Source: an uncultured Nitrospinaceae bacterium
GTDB taxonomy: Bacteria; UBA8248
DNA: 64,000 bases
Assembly (NCBI GenBank): GCA_964005815.1
Contig: CAXFSR010000036.1
Span: 1 to 64,000, forward strand
Reading direction: 5' to 3'
Below the pieces are notes generated by a model. It did no database searches, was not told the DNA's origin, and worked only from the letters and a program-made list of their open reading frames with translations. The stretch's first letter is position 1. Every line of letters begins with the position of its first letter. Made by a program: the position numbers and the translations under genes. Below are positions 20,435 to 28,661 of the stretch, piece after piece.

Positions 20435-21409
20435 TTATACTCTTCCTAAACGCTCAGAAACTCTAAGACGGGAACTCCTAGCCCTGGGATTTATTTGAAC
20501 TTCTTTATGCGCTGGACGAATAACTTTTTTAGTAAGAACCTTCAACAAAGGAGTTTCTTTTTTTGACTCAGAACGAAAGTAATTCTTCACTATTCTATCT
20601 TCAAGAGAGTGAAAACTTATGACGACTATTCGGCCACCAGGACGCAAAACGTCAACTGCTTCAGAAAGTGCAATTTTCAATGATTCTAATTCATTATTAA
20701 CAAAGATCCGTAATGCCTGAAAAGTTTTTGTCGCCGGATGTATTCGGAAAAATGTGTTGGAATCCCTTTTTATAGCTCTTAGAACAATATTAGAAAGCTC
20801 TTCGCAAGTTACAATCTCTTTTTTTGAGCGGTACTTCACTATTTCTCTAGCTATACGACGAGATTTTTTTTCTTCTCCATACTCAAAAATAATATCTGCT
20901 ATTTCATTTTCTGACATTTTATTTACTATCTCTGAAGCTTTTAGCGAAGAAGTTACATCCATTCTCATATCCAAGAAATCTTCTGATCTTACACTAAACC
21001 CTCTTTTGGGGTTATCCATTTGAATGGAAGAAAATCCCAAGTCAAAGATTATTCCATCTACATAATCTATTTTTTCATTTTTGAGGATTTTTTTAATATT
21101 AGTGAAATTCGAATGATGGATACGTATAGCATTCCCATAATCTTTAAGCTTATCTTTGCAAATGTTAATAGCATCTCTATCCCGATCACAGCCGACCAGC
21201 ACACCCGAAGGCTGAATCGCATCCAAAATCAGTTCACTGTGTCCCCCTCCGCCCAAGGTAGTATCTAAGAACACAGCACCGGAAAAAGGTGACAAGAAAT
21301 TCAAAACCTCTTGAACCATAACCGGGGTATGAGATGCTACGAAATCGATATCATCTACTTTCTTTTGAGTTTTTTTTTCTTTGTAAGTTAATCGCATCAG
21401 CATTCTCAA
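20435..21409 (-). CDS. rsmH: 16S rRNA m4C1402 methyltransferase
   Basis: HTPVM, DTTLGGGGHS, DLGFSSIQ, LDMRM, HPATKTFQALRI, SFHSLEDR, NPRARS. Confidence 0.97.
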   Translation of the reverse strand: MRMLMRLTYKEKKTQKKVDDIDFVASHTPVMVQEVLNFLSPFSGAVFLDTTLGGGGHSELILDAIQPSGVLVGCDRDRDAINICKDKLKDYGNAIRIHHSNFTNIKKILKNEKIDYVDGIIFDLGFSSIQMDNPKRGFSVRSEDFLDMRMDVTSSLKASEIVNKMSENEIADIIFEYGEEKKSRRIAREIVKYRSKKEIVTCEELSNIVLRAIKRDSNTFFRIHPATKTFQALRIFVNNELESLKIALSEAVDVLRPGGRIVVISFHSLEDRIVKNYFRSESKKETPLLKVLTKKVIRPAHKEVQINPRARSSRLRVSERLGRV

Positions 21410-21418
21410 AAAAAAGCA

Positions 21419-21868
21419 TTAAAATTCAAGTTCTATAAATGTTTCTTTTCCTTCTTCCTCAATTACAACAGAAGTTTCAGATAATTCTTTTTTCCAGTTC
21501 TCACTACTCCAAATTTCAAATTTATTCTCTAATCCAATGATTACTGCATCTTTTCCAATTTGTGCGGAATCACGAAGTCGCAATGGCAATAAAAGACGAC
21601 CTTGTCTATCAAGAACACACTCAGTTGCTCTACCATACATACTTCGAACATATCTCCTTACGTCATCTCTATGTGTTGGCAATTGACTAAATTTGTCGCT
21701 GAATCTTCTTCGCCATTCTTCTAAAGGATATGCAAAGATACAACCGTCCATATCTAATAAAACAAGTTGATCGCCAAATTTTGAATAAAGATATTCACGG
21801 AATCGAGCAGGTATACTTACCCGACCTTTTTCATCAACAGAAACAGTATGCGAACTAATGAGCATCAT
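21419..21868 (-). CDS. mraZ: dcw cluster transcriptional regulator MraZ
   Basis: Two DxxGR motifs (VDEKGRVSIP, LDRQGRLLLP) and FEIW; first gene of the dcw cluster. Confidence 0.97.
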   Translation of the reverse strand: MMLISSHTVSVDEKGRVSIPARFREYLYSKFGDQLVLLDMDGCIFAYPLEEWRRRFSDKFSQLPTHRDDVRRYVRSMYGRATECVLDRQGRLLLPLRLRDSAQIGKDAVIIGLENKFEIWSSENWKKELSETSVVIEEEGKETFIELEF

Positions 21869-21873
21869 TTCCC

Positions 21874-21898
21874 CCCACGATTACCCACTTTTACCCAC
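21874..21898 (-). promoter_or_regulatory. MraZ operator: three GTGGG boxes with 10-nt period
   Basis: Plus-strand CCCAC at 21874, 21884 and 21894 (minus strand GTGGG-N5-GTGGG-N5-GTGGG). This matches the known MraZ binding-repeat architecture; the last box overlaps the RBS. Confidence 0.88.
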
Positions 21899-21909
21899 TA
21901 AATGTAATA

Positions 21910-21938
21910 TTTATACCTATTTAATTCAAATATGTCAA
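21910..21938 (-). promoter_or_regulatory. Putative sigma70 promoter of the dcw operon
   Basis: Minus strand TTGACA (21938-21933), 17-nt spacer, TATAAA (21915-21910), just upstream of the MraZ boxes. Confidence 0.75.
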
Positions 21939-22072
21939 TATTTAAATATTTTTTACTATAATACGTTTTATTACAATAACTTATATTTGTGGGAGAATGT
22001 GGTAAGAAATAGATATACTTGTTTTACGCAGATAAACTAGAGAGAAAATCTGAAATGCATTACAAATAAGGA

Positions 22073-22927
22073 TTAAAAACTATGCTCTTCAGTCGGGAAA
22101 TCACCAGAACGAACTTCATTACAGAAAGTTTCCACGGCATTTCTACCGTTTGTTCCCAGATCGGAGTAGACTTTAACAAATTTTGGTGTGAAATCACTGA
22201 AAAGTCCTAACATGTCTTGGGTAACTAAAATTTGCCCATCACAAAATGGCCCCGCACCGATACCGATTGTAGGAACTTCAATTTCTTCAGTTATCTGAGC
22301 TCCTAATTCAGATGGAACACCTTCTATTACCATAGAAAAAACACCCGCATCTTGAAGTGAAAGCGCATCTTCTCGAATTTTATCTGCAACTACTTTGGTT
22401 TTCCCTTGAATTTTATATCCACCAAAAGAATGTATACTTTGAGGGGTTAATCCTATGTGTCCCATCACTGGGATCTCTCTGTCTACTAGAGCTTTAACAT
22501 GTTCGAAAACTCGAACCCCACCTTCTAACTTAACAGCTTCAGCTGCACCTTCCTGCATCAATAAACCTGCATTTTTTAAAGTTTCCTTTATATCAATACC
22601 ATAAGTAAGAAATGGAAGATCAGATACCAAAAGTGCTTTTGGATTTGCCCTAGAAACAGCTTTGGTATGATGCAACATATCACTTAGAGTTACGTGTGTA
22701 GTATTAGGGTATCCCAGCATTACCATTCCCAGGCTATCTCCAACCAAAATCACGTCCACCCCTGCTTCATCAATAATTTTTGCTGTGTAATGATCATAAG
22801 CGGTAGCTGAAGCAATTTTTGCTCGAGACTTCATCTTACGGATTTTTGATGTTGTGATTTTCTTTCTTGATACAACTGACTCCAATGAATCTTCAAAGAT
22901 ATTTTTCTTAAGAAAACTGCTTTCCAC
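22073..22927 (-). CDS. panB: 3-methyl-2-oxobutanoate hydroxymethyltransferase
   Basis: TAYD, ILVGDSLGM, VSDLPF, AVKLEGG, HIGLTPQ, TIGIGAG, DGQILV. GTG 22927 is preferred as start because GGAGG lies 8 nt upstream (ORF track uses 22942). Confidence 0.96.
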   Translation of the reverse strand: MESSFLKKNIFEDSLESVVSRKKITTSKIRKMKSRAKIASATAYDHYTAKIIDEAGVDVILVGDSLGMVMLGYPNTTHVTLSDMLHHTKAVSRANPKALLVSDLPFLTYGIDIKETLKNAGLLMQEGAAEAVKLEGGVRVFEHVKALVDREIPVMGHIGLTPQSIHSFGGYKIQGKTKVVADKIREDALSLQDAGVFSMVIEGVPSELGAQITEEIEVPTIGIGAGPFCDGQILVTQDMLGLFSDFTPKFVKVYSDLGTNGRNAVETFCNEVRSGDFPTEEHSF

Positions 22928-22996
22928 GGTCGCTTCCTCCAATAAAAGGTAAACGCCTAAACAAAAGGTTTAGAGCAAGATAATGAAAAAACCATA

Positions 22997-23977
22997 CTAC
23001 ATTTTATTTTTATCTTCAATGATTCTTAATGCACTAAATAAAAAATTATTCAATGGCAAATAAAGTTTTCTTTTTTCAGCAAGACGCAAAACCTCTCCAG
23101 TCATTTCTTGCAATTCACTTTTACTTCCTTTAAAAAACGATTTGAGCATAGAGTTTTCATTAGCAGAAGTATTCTTAACGACCTTGATAACTTTCGATTT
23201 TACTTTTATCGGTAGGTTTTCACTATCAACCAACTGTTGTATTTCTGAACAAAGTTTGCAAAAAACATCTAAAACTGGTTCAAGAACAATATTACCATTT
23301 TTGCACTCAAAAAGGGTTGCTAGGGGATTAATTGAACAATTTGCCACAAATTTATTCCACTCTGCAAGACGCGAATCATTTGAGGTGGAAACTACAAACC
23401 CTGACGATTGAAATAACGATTTTATTTTCTCTAAGTTAAGATTGTTTTCACAATTCAAATCAGAGCTATTTCTACTTAGCTCAATTTTCGCTTCACCATG
23501 CTGTAAGATTTCGCCGGCTTTATTTAATTCACAGCCTGTTTCAATCAAACCTCTAAAAATATTTTTTGTGTCAATTTTTTTATCAATTTTATCAAAAGCG
23601 TTAAGTCCATTTGAAACAACAAGAATAACTGAAGAAGATGAAATAGAAGAAAGGAAATTTTGACTAGCACTCAACAAATCAAATATTTTGACAGAAAAGA
23701 TGACTAGATCAGCTTTTTCTGAAGATGGAATAAGATCGACTATAGGATTAGTTTGAAAATTCCTATTCAAATCCATTTTAAGAAGTAAGCCATCAGACTT
23801 AATTTTGTTTAAGTGCCCTTTACTAAAACGAGAAAGGTTTTGAACCCCACCCAATCTAATTTTAAATGGAAACGGTTGCATATTTAATCCCAGCCATAAG
23901 TTCGCTGCTAGCATCGAACCTACAGCACCAGGACCCACAATCAGAACTGATTTGAAATTTTCAGATTTAAACTTAAT
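22997..23977 (-). CDS. panE: 2-dehydropantoate 2-reductase (divergent), apparent ATT start
   Basis: VLIVGPGAVG Rossmann motif, SVK, SNGL, WNKFVANCSINPL, NSML, SE. The reading frame extends upstream of GTG 23938 to ATT 23977, immediately after an in-frame TAA. Adjacent to panB. Confidence 0.78.
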   Translation of the reverse strand: MKFKSENFKSVLIVGPGAVGSMLAANLWLGLNMQPFPFKIRLGGVQNLSRFSKGHLNKIKSDGLLLKMDLNRNFQTNPIVDLIPSSEKADLVIFSVKIFDLLSASQNFLSSISSSSVILVVSNGLNAFDKIDKKIDTKNIFRGLIETGCELNKAGEILQHGEAKIELSRNSSDLNCENNLNLEKIKSLFQSSGFVVSTSNDSRLAEWNKFVANCSINPLATLFECKNGNIVLEPVLDVFCKLCSEIQQLVDSENLPIKVKSKVIKVVKNTSANENSMLKSFFKGSKSELQEMTGEVLRLAEKRKLYLPLNNFLFSALRIIEDKNKM

Positions 23978-24836
23978 TTAAACTAACCCCACGAGAAATT
24001 AAAATAAAACCAACCAACAAAAATACAAAAGAGAGAAAAAACTTTACCTTTTCTCCATCAATCCGACTATTAATAATAGGGGAGACCTGACCACCAATTA
24101 AAACTGCAGGTACAGTCATAAATAAAATATTCCAATGAACTGAAATTTGACCAGTTGAAAAAACATATGCATGCACAAGTGTTGCGGGCAAAACTGTTGC
24201 AAAAACAATGAGTATACCAGTGCCTATTGCAACTCGAGTTGGAATTTTATTTCGGACAATGAGACTTGTAGAGGCTAATTCTCCAATCCCAATCCCAGTC
24301 AATCCAACCAGAATACCTCCTAGAATTGACCACGAAGCACCAAAGGAACCATGAAAATAATAATAATTATATTCTCTACCAAGTTTATCCACTCTCTTAA
24401 GTTCAATGCCAAATTTCCTCGCATCTTTTCTTTCTGGAAAGCTTTTAAAACATGTTAAAAGTATGATTCCGCAAAGTATTACCATCAAAGAACCAAGAAA
24501 AATCATAATCATGCCAGATGGAACTATATGAGCTAAGAAACCAAATATAATTGAAGTGGGAATCGAAAAGATCAAAACTTTTTTCGCAATATATGTGTCA
24601 ACAAGGGCTCTTCTGAAGTACCCAGTTAATGCACTACCAAATCCAAAAATTTCTATTGATAAAGCAAGGAAAATACCTTCTATTGGAGTAATCGTTACTC
24701 CCGCAAACATAGGAAAGAAGATAATAAAAATTGGCGCAAAAAAAACAGCTCCTTCTACACTTGAACTTGTAGCCATTAGACATACACAAAAAGCAACAGG
24801 AAACATCCACCAAAATTCAAAAAAATATTCTAACAA
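23973..24836 (-). CDS. TSUP (TauE/SafE) family membrane transporter
   Basis: About 8 hydrophobic segments in two repeats; EGAVFFAP and GLTGIGIGE Gly-rich motifs, RVAIGT, LIGGQ. Confidence 0.82.
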   Translation of the reverse strand: MLEYFFEFWWMFPVAFCVCLMATSSSVEGAVFFAPIFIIFFPMFAGVTITPIEGIFLALSIEIFGFGSALTGYFRRALVDTYIAKKVLIFSIPTSIIFGFLAHIVPSGMIMIFLGSLMVILCGIILLTCFKSFPERKDARKFGIELKRVDKLGREYNYYYFHGSFGASWSILGGILVGLTGIGIGELASTSLIVRNKIPTRVAIGTGILIVFATVLPATLVHAYVFSTGQISVHWNILFMTVPAVLIGGQVSPIINSRIDGEKVKFFLSFVFLLVGFILISRGVSLN

Positions 24837-25708
24837 TTTGAATCCTCTTCATAATTATCCGTCAAAGAATGTATCATATGTAATCCTTGCAAAGTGTGTT
24901 TAACATCATGAGTACGAATTATATTTGCACCATTTATAGAAGCAAATGATTCTGCAACAACAGAACCTATTATACGATCACGCGGGAGTTCAACATCCGT
25001 AATTTTTCCAACAAATCCCTTTCGAGAAATTCCAATAGCAATAGGAACATTAAAATCTGCAAACCTAAAAAGTTTATTTATTAATTGCAAATTTTCACTC
25101 TTAGATTTATCGAATCCTATTCCAGGATCAATAATAATAGACTCTAAACCTTTGTTCCTAAGCTGGAATAGCTTCGACTCAAAAAAAGAATATACACTTT
25201 GTTCAATATGAGAAAATTCTGGCTTTGGAAAAATTTCCTTCACTCTCCCAGGACACATCACAATTAACCCTACACCTGTACCCAAAACGGAGTTTGTCAT
25301 CTGTTCATCTGTAAAACCATCAATATCATTAATTATATGGATTCCAGACTTCAAAACCTCCTTCACTACATCCGGTTTTCTTGTATCTATTGAAACTAGA
25401 GGGCCACTATCAAAATCAAGCCTTTCAAGTATCGGAATAATCCTTCTGAGTTCCTCTATATCTGAGACGGGAACTGAATCTGGATGAGTACTCTCTCCGC
25501 CTATATCTATTATATCAGCACCTTCTTTTGTCATTTCATCTATGCGTTCAATAGCGAGATTTGGTTCTAAATATTTTCCGCCATCAGAAAAACTATTTGG
25601 GGTAGCATTTAAAACTCCCATTACTTTGACATTATCAAACTTTAGTTCTCTTCCTCTGCATAAAATAGCCAAACTTTCTTTATGCATTTTATTCTTAGAA
25701 CAATTCAT
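24830..25708 (-). CDS. folP: Dihydropteroate synthase (with motif substitutions)
   Basis: VMGVLNATPNSFSDGG, DIGGEST, SIDT, IIND, IDPGIGF, GISRK, IIRTHDV. Confidence 0.93.
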   Translation of the reverse strand: MNCSKNKMHKESLAILCRGRELKFDNVKVMGVLNATPNSFSDGGKYLEPNLAIERIDEMTKEGADIIDIGGESTHPDSVPVSDIEELRRIIPILERLDFDSGPLVSIDTRKPDVVKEVLKSGIHIINDIDGFTDEQMTNSVLGTGVGLIVMCPGRVKEIFPKPEFSHIEQSVYSFFESKLFQLRNKGLESIIIDPGIGFDKSKSENLQLINKLFRFADFNVPIAIGISRKGFVGKITDVELPRDRIIGSVVAESFASINGANIIRTHDVKHTLQGLHMIHSLTDNYEEDSNC

Positions 25709-25716
25709 CTAGTTTC

Positions 25717-27153
25717 CTATTTTTTTATAAATGGATTCCCTGTTTGTAGAATAATATCATCACGAAACCAAAATTTCCTCAGTTCCCCCACTAAATAAGA
25801 CGATCCAGTTACTACGATAAGATCATCTTTTCCAGATAATCTCAGAGCATCTTTTAAAGCCTGACAAGGGTCTATATAATTCTTGAAATCAGAAATTCTC
25901 TTTTCCAACAAAACATTATTTAACTTGTCTAATGAGATATTTCTCCTAGAACCATAGGTAGGAGGAGAAGTAAAAAAGAAGACTCCTCCAATCTCAGAAA
26001 ATTCTTCTATCATAGCCGAAAAATCTTTCCCCTCAAGAAAACCAATAATAAAAATAATCTTCTCTTCTGATCTTGTTCTCAAGAATTTCATCAAAGCTTT
26101 AATCTTATTTGGATTATGGGCAATATCTAAAATAACACTAGGATTTTTAGAAACGATTTCTATCCTACCTGGCAAACGCGACTTAGCTAATCCCTTCACT
26201 ATACTTAATTCATCTAATCCCAATAATTTACATGCTCCTACCACAACTGCAGCATTATCCAGTTGATGTTCTCCATGCATGGAAATAGATAAATTTTTCA
26301 TCATAGAACCATCTGAAAAATTTAAATTAAAAGAAGTAGAATTACTCTTTGATTTTACCGATTGAACAACAGGAGCGGAGTAAAATTTCGCAGACTTACT
26401 TTTTGCAATTTTAGAAATTTCTCCTCTAACAACGTAATGATTCTTAGACACTAAAACTTGACCATTTTCTGCAATAATTCCTGCTTTATCCCTCGATATT
26501 TCGCTGACATTTTTCCCAAGAATTTCCGTATGATCTAGGGCAATCTTTGTTATTACGCTCAATTTTTGACAAAAGGGAATACAAGTTACATCATATTTAC
26601 CTCCAATTCCGGCCTCAAGAACCAAAATTTTACAATTTGATTCTTTTGCCAGAAGAAGAAAAAGCGCAAAAGTAGATTCAAAAAAAGTCGGAGTGACACT
26701 CTTAGGATCTTCGACAATATTTTTGATGACGGAAACAAACCTGTCATAAATTTTAGCAACCAATTTTGGCTCAACAAAACTACCATTAAACCAAAAACGC
26801 TCAGATATCGACGAAACATGAGGTGAGAAAAAAGCCCCTACAGATTCTCTTGCAGAGAACAAACACTCGGATAACATCATCGTCACAGAACCTTTTCCGC
26901 TTGTTCCAACGACGTTAATAAATTCAAAATCCTCAATCGAAATCCCCAATCTTTCGAAAAGGAATAAAATTTGATTTGATTGATTAACTGTTCTTCTTTT
27001 TTCTTTGATGTTTGTTTTAGACGAAAGGGAAAGACTATTTAGAAATTTATCTAAAAAACATATAACTTCTTTACTATTCACACTGCCTTGCCTTTCAAAA
27101 TACTGTAGAGAATCAATGTCTAAAATGTCTTCTTCCAGTAAAAACCATTGCAA
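25717..27153 (-). CDS. folC: Dihydrofolate synthase/folylpolyglutamate synthase (divergent)
   Basis: GTSGKGS P-loop, SPH...ER, TFFE, EAGIGGKYD, ITKIALDH..LG, KAGII, PGRIE, DIAHN, TGSSYLVG. Start uncertain; as called it overlaps purH by 41 nt. Confidence 0.88.
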   Translation of the reverse strand: MQWFLLEEDILDIDSLQYFERQGSVNSKEVICFLDKFLNSLSLSSKTNIKEKRRTVNQSNQILFLFERLGISIEDFEFINVVGTSGKGSVTMMLSECLFSARESVGAFFSPHVSSISERFWFNGSFVEPKLVAKIYDRFVSVIKNIVEDPKSVTPTFFESTFALFLLLAKESNCKILVLEAGIGGKYDVTCIPFCQKLSVITKIALDHTEILGKNVSEISRDKAGIIAENGQVLVSKNHYVVRGEISKIAKSKSAKFYSAPVVQSVKSKSNSTSFNLNFSDGSMMKNLSISMHGEHQLDNAAVVVGACKLLGLDELSIVKGLAKSRLPGRIEIVSKNPSVILDIAHNPNKIKALMKFLRTRSEEKIIFIIGFLEGKDFSAMIEEFSEIGGVFFFTSPPTYGSRRNISLDKLNNVLLEKRISDFKNYIDPCQALKDALRLSGKDDLIVVTGSSYLVGELRKFWFRDDIILQTGNPFIKK

Positions 27154-28660
27154 TATCCTTTTCCTTTGCTGCCTCTATAATTTCTTCATCTTTGACCGAA
27201 CCACCCGGCTGGATTATAGCTTTAACTCCAAATTCTGCAGCCTGATCTATTGCGTCTCTAAAGGGGAAAAATGCATCAGAAGCAAGGGCACATCCATCAA
27301 CAGGAAAGACCGAACGAGATACAGCAAGTTGAGTTGAATCTACTCGGCTCATTTGACCTGCACCTACACCAATAGTGCCAGTTTCATTTGCTAAAACTAT
27401 CGCATTGCTTTTCACATGACGAACAATGCTCCATGCAATCTTAAGTGCTTTCTCTTCAGATGGAGTCGGCAACCTAGGTGTCATTACAGACCAATCACTA
27501 AATTCTTCATCAGAAAAAGAATCTCTCTCTTGCACCAGAAGTCCTCCTGGAACAGCACGAACATCTACTCCCGTAATTGGGAAAGAAGCTAGTCCAGGAC
27601 ATTTCAAAATTCGCAGATTCTTCTTCTTCTGAAAAATCTGCAAAGCTTTTTCATCAAATTCAGGAGCAACAACAACCTCTACAAAAAGACTCCTCATCTC
27701 CTCTGCAGTTTCTTCAGACACGGTTTTATTAAAACCAATGACACTTCCAAAAGCTGAAATAGGGTCGCAAGCTAAAGCACGCTTGTATGAATCAACCTGT
27801 TTTCCTTCAATTCCAACACCACATGGGTTAGTATGTTTTAGAATTGCGCATGCATTTCCTTTAAGATCAGAAACTAGTTCACACGCCGCAGAAATATCTA
27901 AATAATTATTAAAAGACAACTCTTTACCACCTAGAATAACTGTTTTAGAAAGAGAAAAATTTTCATCACTCTGAAAACTATAGAAAGAACCTTTCTGATG
28001 AGGATTCTCTCCGTATCGTAGAACTTTCTCTCTTTTTAAAGACATCTCAATTTTCGGAGCAAAATAATCGTCTTCATTTTTTGTTGATTTTGATAGGAAT
28101 GAAGCAATGGCAGAATCATAAGAAGACACATGATCAAATGCTTTAAAAGCAAGTCTCTTTAAAAAAATATCAGCAAAGTCTTCACCTGATTCAATATACC
28201 CAACCAATTCATCGTAGTCTTCAGGTTCTACTACAACAGCCACCCTGCCATGATTTTTAGCCGCAGCACGAACCATAGTTGGTCCGCCAATATCAATTTT
28301 CTCTAAAGCATCTTGCAAAGACACTTCTGGATTAGAAATAGTTTCTCTAAATGGATATAAATTCACAATTACTAAATCAATACAAGGAATCTTATTAGAT
28401 TCCAATTCACTTTTCTGATCAACTCTTCCTAAAATCCCTCCTAAAATCTTTGGATGTAATGTTTTAACTCTACCATCAAGAATTTCAGGCTGACCCGTAT
28501 AATCGCTAGCTTGTACTACTTCAACGCCAGAGGATTTTAGAATATTGGCAGTTCCACCTGTAGAGATAATTTCCCAGTCAGCTTTCTGTAAAACTTTCCC
28601 AATTTTCTCAATGCCCTTCTTGTCACTAACGCTTAAGATTGCTCTCTTTTTATCGGACAT
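27113..28660 (-). CDS. purH: Bifunctional AICAR transformylase/IMP cyclohydrolase
   Basis: AILSVSDK, ISTGGT, GRVKTLHP, NLYPF, IDIGGP, RYGENPHQ, KHTNPCG, SDAFFPF, RHFRH. Confidence 0.98.
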   Translation of the reverse strand: MSDKKRAILSVSDKKGIEKIGKVLQKADWEIISTGGTANILKSSGVEVVQASDYTGQPEILDGRVKTLHPKILGGILGRVDQKSELESNKIPCIDLVIVNLYPFRETISNPEVSLQDALEKIDIGGPTMVRAAAKNHGRVAVVVEPEDYDELVGYIESGEDFADIFLKRLAFKAFDHVSSYDSAIASFLSKSTKNEDDYFAPKIEMSLKREKVLRYGENPHQKGSFYSFQSDENFSLSKTVILGGKELSFNNYLDISAACELVSDLKGNACAILKHTNPCGVGIEGKQVDSYKRALACDPISAFGSVIGFNKTVSEETAEEMRSLFVEVVVAPEFDEKALQIFQKKKNLRILKCPGLASFPITGVDVRAVPGGLLVQERDSFSDEEFSDWSVMTPRLPTPSEEKALKIAWSIVRHVKSNAIVLANETGTIGVGAGQMSRVDSTQLAVSRSVFPVDGCALASDAFFPFRDAIDQAAEFGVKAIIQPGGSVKDEEIIEAAKEKDIAMVFTGRRHFRH

Positions 28661-28661
28661 C

